Shown here piece after piece: positions 7,171 through 10,665 of a stretch of 10,665 bases of DNA (positions within the stretch are counted from its first letter, which is position 1; each line of letters begins with the position of its first letter). The DNA comes from an uncultured bacterium. Lineage in GTDB: Bacteria > SAR324 > NAC60-12. Below the pieces are notes generated by a model, which was given only the letters and a program-made list of their open reading frames with translations, searched no databases and was not told the origin of the DNA. The stretch is taken from positions 7,839 through 18,503 of the forward strand of contig CBFIJD010000049.1 of the NCBI GenBank assembly GCA_965662845.1, in the 5' to 3' direction. A program made the position numbers and the translations under genes.

Positions 7171-8760
7171 ATGCCCGTTCTATTTCATGCCTTCTCAGAT
7201 CGCACGCCTGCTGCGGCCAAACAGGCCCTCCACGAAGATTTCCTCAAAGCCGACCGGCTCTTCTTGCAGCTTGCTTTCGCCCACTGGCTGATGGTGAGCA
7301 CTGTGACGGCGATGCCAACGGGGACGTATCTCTTCGGCATCATCACTGGCGGACTGACGACCGCGCTGGTGAGCTTGGCTTATGTCTTCTTCCGAGGGAC
7401 GGTCGTGTGCCGGATGATGATGGGCGCCAGCTTGATGCTGTTCTCCGCGATCATGATCCAGCAGGGGCTCGGTCGGATTGAGATGCACTTTCACATTTTC
7501 GTGGCGCTGGCGTTCTTACCACGCTACCGCGACCCGATCCCCTTGCTCACCGCGGCGGTTGTGGTGGCCTTGCATCACCTCACCCTCAATTTTTGTCAAC
7601 AAGCCGGCTGGACTGTCGCAGGCATGCCCGTCCAGCTCTTCGACTATGGCACTGGGCTCGACATTGTCTTTTTGCACGCAGCGTTTGTGGTGGTCGAAGC
7701 CACTGTGCTCATGCTGATCATCGTCGACAACGCCCGCAGTTTTTGCGAGAGCGCCTCCATTGTGCAAGCGATGCTGCGCGTCAGTCAAACCCAGTCTTTC
7801 CAAGAGCGCATTCCCCTACAAGAGCATTCGGAGCACTCCCCTGTGCGCTATTACAACCAGCTGATGGACACGATCAGTCAGCTGTTTGGCCAAGTGCAGC
7901 AGATCGTCTCCGCGCTTCAGGCAGGGAACCTGCGCCAGCGCATCCCTGTGGATGGACAGGGCGACGTGCGCAACGTCGAGGAAGCTCTGAACCAGACGAT
8001 GCGCTACATGGAGCAGCTCGTGGGCAACATCAACGAGATCATGCAAGGCTTGCAGCAGGGAGACTTCACCGGACGCGTCCATGTGTCGTCGCAGGGCGAT
8101 TTTCAGACAATGAGTGAGGGGATGAATCAGACCGTGGGGACGTTGCAGCGGCTCGTTGGGCAAATGACAGACTCCGCGCAAGTGCAAGCCAGCACGGTGG
8201 AAGATGTCTCGGTCGCGGTGACGCAAGCCAGCCGGCGCGTCGAAGATAACGCGAAGCATGCTCGGCAGGCCGCGGAGTGGATGCAGCAAGCGGTGCACAG
8301 CACAGAGACCAATGTGCAGCGCATTGAGAAGATCTATGAGGCGATGAACCGCATCGAAGAGCACGTCGCACAGGTTCAAGAGATCGCCAAGCAAACGACG
8401 CTGCTGGGGTTCAATGCTTCGGTCGAGGCCGCCCGCGCGGGAGTGCATGGCAAAGGCTTCGCGATTGTGGCCCAAGAGGTCAACAAACTCGCTGGGCAAA
8501 GCAAGGTCACCGCCCAACACATCCAACACATCGCTCAAGAGAGCTTAGGGCTCGCGCAGTCGGCTGCCCGCGAGCTACAAAAGTACGCTCCCGAGATTGC
8601 GAAGACGGCCCAGACGGTCGCAGAGATCTATGAGTTCTCAGCGGAACAAAACGCCGCGCTCAAGCGCATCCGCCAAGAAATGGACGAGCTGAGTGAGGCT
8701 GCCCAACGCAGCGTTCAGAGCCTGCCAAATGGCAAAGCCAGCCTGCGCCTGCCCAACTAG
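7171..8760 (+). CDS. Methyl-accepting chemotaxis protein with His-rich multi-TM input domain, about three tandem HAMP domains and a short signalling domain
   Basis: GGAAGGAAG RBS then ATG 7171 (529 aa). About six hydrophobic segments containing FAHW, IEMHFHIFVALAFL.YRD, ALHHL and FLHAAFVVVE. HAMP-like units such as LQAGNLRQRI...GDVRNVEEALN and LQQGDFTGRV...GDFQTMSEGMN. Hairpin tip IAKQTTLLGFNASVEAARAGVHGKGFAIVAQEVNKLA. Confidence 0.92.
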   Translation: MPVLFHAFSDRTPAAAKQALHEDFLKADRLFLQLAFAHWLMVSTVTAMPTGTYLFGIITGGLTTALVSLAYVFFRGTVVCRMMMGASLMLFSAIMIQQGLGRIEMHFHIFVALAFLPRYRDPIPLLTAAVVVALHHLTLNFCQQAGWTVAGMPVQLFDYGTGLDIVFLHAAFVVVEATVLMLIIVDNARSFCESASIVQAMLRVSQTQSFQERIPLQEHSEHSPVRYYNQLMDTISQLFGQVQQIVSALQAGNLRQRIPVDGQGDVRNVEEALNQTMRYMEQLVGNINEIMQGLQQGDFTGRVHVSSQGDFQTMSEGMNQTVGTLQRLVGQMTDSAQVQASTVEDVSVAVTQASRRVEDNAKHARQAAEWMQQAVHSTETNVQRIEKIYEAMNRIEEHVAQVQEIAKQTTLLGFNASVEAARAGVHGKGFAIVAQEVNKLAGQSKVTAQHIQHIAQESLGLAQSAARELQKYAPEIAKTAQTVAEIYEFSAEQNAALKRIRQEMDELSEAAQRSVQSLPNGKASLRLPN

Positions 8761-8818
8761 CGCGCGCGCTCCACTGGCAAACGGCCTCTTCTCAACGCCA
8801 AGAGCCCTCCCTCCTGCA

Positions 8819-8898
8819 CCAGCGCGACAAACAGGCGCGCAAACGCGCCCGAGTCGCCACCAAGCCCGCCGCACCTGTGTCGCCGTCCACCGCGTAGC
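8819..8898 (+). repeat. Direct repeat copy 2 (80 bp), an orphan allele of the cysteine desulfurase 3' end
   Basis: In frame it reads QRDKQARKRARVATKPAAPVSPSTA*, versus QRDKQARKRARV-TKPAAPASPSTA* in copy 1. Confidence 0.95.
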
Positions 8899-8901
8899 GG
8901 C

Positions 8902-9756
8902 TCAGCCGCGCAGCGCTCGCACGGTATCTAACAGCAGGCGCCCCTCCGCGACGTCGTGTGTGCGCAAAATGTCCAGGCCCTGCCACGCCGCGATCGCCGC
9001 CACCCCCAAGCCAGGGATCAGGCGCTCACTGGGGGGCAGCGTTCGACCCGCAGAGACTCCCGCCAAAAACGACTTGCGCGAAGGCCCCAACAACAACGGC
9101 AACCCGAGCGCCTTGAGCTCGGGCAACCGCCGCACAATCTCAAAGCTATAGCGAGGGTCGGCGCTCACGAACGCGCCCATCCCCGGATCTAAGATCAGCT
9201 GCTCGCGCCGCACCCCCTGCGCCTCTGCCCAACCAATCCGCTCTTCAAAAAAATTCCAAATGGTGGCGATGACGTCCTCATAGCGCCGCGCCTGGTTCGT
9301 CGTCCGAGCGTTGGCCTCTTTGGCATACATCAGCACAACCGGGGCGTTGGCCTCGGCCAACACCTGCGCCATGTCGGGGTCACGCCGCAACGCCGTCACA
9401 TCGTTGATCACCTTGGCGCCGAGGGCCAAACACTGGCGCGCGACCTCTGCTTTCCAAGTGTCGATGGAGATCCACACCTGCGGATGCGCGGCGCGCACGC
9501 GCTCGACCACCGGCAGGACGCGGCGCAGCTCTTCGGCCAACGACACTTCGCGGCTCCCTGGCCCGGTCGACTCGCCTCCGATGTCCAGCCAGTCGGCGCC
9601 GTGGGCTAACAACCGCGACGCCTGCGCCACCGCCTCCTCCACCGCGAGGAACTGGCCCCCATCAGAGAAGGAGTCTGGCGTGACATTGAGCACCCCCATC
9701 AACAACGGGCGCGGCAAAGCATCGATTGTGTGCTGAGAAAGAAGCTGGTGGGACAT
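8902..9756 (-). CDS. folP: Dihydropteroate synthase
   Basis: LMGVLNVTPDSFSDGG, LDIGGESTGPG, ISIDT, INDV, LILDPGMG, SRKSF, ILRTHDV. Start is probably ATG 9756, with TTG 9783 as the alternative; neither has a clear SD. Confidence 0.95.
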   Translation of the reverse strand: MSHQLLSQHTIDALPRPLLMGVLNVTPDSFSDGGQFLAVEEAVAQASRLLAHGADWLDIGGESTGPGSREVSLAEELRRVLPVVERVRAAHPQVWISIDTWKAEVARQCLALGAKVINDVTALRRDPDMAQVLAEANAPVVLMYAKEANARTTNQARRYEDVIATIWNFFEERIGWAEAQGVRREQLILDPGMGAFVSADPRYSFEIVRRLPELKALGLPLLLGPSRKSFLAGVSAGRTLPPSERLIPGLGVAAIAAWQGLDILRTHDVAEGRLLLDTVRALRG

Positions 9757-9954
9757 GAGACAAAAGAGGCAGGTGTGGGACAAGTCTGCGCGAGATGCTC
9801 GCTGCGTAGATTAGACCTTCATCGAGGGCGCAGAGACGGCTCACGCACAATCGCAGGAGCTGAGCGAAAGACGCCGTCTCCATCAAAAACCGCCCCCTCT
9901 ACAGGAGGGGATCTTCGACTCACCGAGGCGACCACAAACGGCGTGCTCTGGGGA

Positions 9955-10665
9955 TCACTCGCCTAAGTAGACGCCTTTGAACCAATCCGTGCGATATTTG
10001 ACCACACGGAACGCCGCGTCGCCGCGCAAGATCTGCTGCCCCTCTGCTGGAGTGAGCGTCACCCACGCCGCGTTCTCTTCTACGGCGAAGACCTCCAGCG
10101 TGCCCACTTGCTCTGTGTAGCGCTCTGTGCGGGTTGTTGTGTTGCCATCGACCATGGTGGCCTTGACGCGCCGATACACCGCGAACTGATCCTGCTCTTT
10201 GATGCCTTGCGAGCTGCCCACGTTCAGGCGCCCAACTTTGCGCTTCTCAAAGGTCTCTAGCAGAAACGCCCGCATCGGCAGGACCGCTTGCAGCTGCGGC
10301 TGCAAGTTGTCTCGCATCTCGTCAAATTGGGAGTGCTGATACGGAAACGTGGACTCGCTGAGCAATTTCGTGGGCGAGAGCTGATAGAGCTTCATTGTCA
10401 CCACGGCGCTCCAGTCATTTTCCTCGTGCTCAAACGTCGGCGGCTCCGTCTGCAACATCACCATATATTTCACTTTCAGCGCTTCGCCCAGCCGGACCGC
10501 GTCGGTCTCTTGCGTCAAATCAAAGCGGCGAAACTCGGCGGTGTCGCGCACTTGCTGCAACCGCGCCTCGTCAAAAATCTGTAGGTCGCCGGCTTCTTCG
10601 AGCATCGCTTTGAGGAAGGTCACGCTGTTCTCATTCGCATAAGGCGAGACGCCCTCGGCGGCTTG
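9955..10665 (-). CDS. Hypothetical envelope protein, CsgG/TolB-N-like domain plus FlgT C-terminal-like domain; 5' end lies outside the window
   Basis: The frame is open from 10665 (QAAEGVSPYANENSVTFLKAML...) to TGA at 9955, 237 codons including the stop. IFDEARLQQV...DAVRLGEALKVKYMV resembles CsgG/HfaB/LpoB-type folds. LNVGSSQGIKEQDQFAVYR...VGTLEVFAVEENAAW...ILRGD resembles FlgT_C. The family call is from pattern recognition only. Confidence 0.6.
   Translation of the reverse strand, partial: QAAEGVSPYANENSVTFLKAMLEEAGDLQIFDEARLQQVRDTAEFRRFDLTQETDAVRLGEALKVKYMVMLQTEPPTFEHEENDWSAVVTMKLYQLSPTKLLSESTFPYQHSQFDEMRDNLQPQLQAVLPMRAFLLETFEKRKVGRLNVGSSQGIKEQDQFAVYRRVKATMVDGNTTTRTERYTEQVGTLEVFAVEENAAWVTLTPAEGQQILRGDAAFRVVKYRTDWFKGVYLGE

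Larger units (their letters stand above)
6402..8898. mobile_element. Putative non-autonomous inserted cassette (SCO + MCP) bounded by a duplicated cysteine desulfurase 3' end
   Basis: Direct repeats at 6402-6478 and 8819-8898 (offset 2417 bp) enclose exactly two genes. Removing one unit would restore a complete desulfurase ending 4 nt from the folP stop. No integrase or transposase is present inside. Confidence 0.55.

Noticed and set aside
7816..8538. 240-aa minus-strand ORF
   Set aside because: Antisense shadow of the MCP coiled-coil region, with no recognisable motifs.
8761..8818. Intrinsic terminator after the MCP, and a C-rich CCCTCCCTCC tract next to repeat copy 2
   Set aside because: Only a weak bulged stem (CTCTT/AAGAG) with no U-tract. 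The C-rich tract is not in a hairpin loop, unlike those at 2942-2985.
6402..8898. CRISPR array, IS element or prophage as explanation for the repeats
   Set aside because: Only two copies 2.4 kb apart. No spacers, cas genes, terminal inverted repeats, transposase or phage genes.
8693..9151. 152-aa ORF sharing PARQTGAQTRPS with ORF 5838-6530
   Set aside because: The similarity is an off-frame translation of the DNA direct repeat. Both ORFs overlap real genes.

Overview
GC-rich bacterial chromosomal window with nine coding regions. In order: TrpB2-type tryptophan synthase beta (minus strand, runs off the left edge, absent from the ORF track); a stand-alone ammonium transporter with a sigma54/NtrC/IHF-type promoter; pyruvate kinase; a secreted VWA-domain protein whose start codon interlocks head-to-head with a NifS/IscS cysteine desulfurase; a divergent SCO-family (CxxxC...H) gene plus a sigma54-driven chemoreceptor with a His-rich multi-TM input domain; dihydropteroate synthase; and a partial CsgG/FlgT-like protein. 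The most notable structure is that the SCO+MCP pair sits in a ~2.4 kb segment bounded by a 77/80-bp diverged direct repeat of the cysteine desulfurase 3' end. This looks like an integrase-free inserted cassette, possibly encoding a copper-loaded membrane sensor and its own metallochaperone (inference). Other points: FolP carries the Sul-type two-residue insertion, and the amt 3' UTR has tandem hairpins with CCUCC(UCCC) anti-SD loops like cuckoo/CcsR sRNAs. All family calls rest on motifs read by eye; no searches were run.
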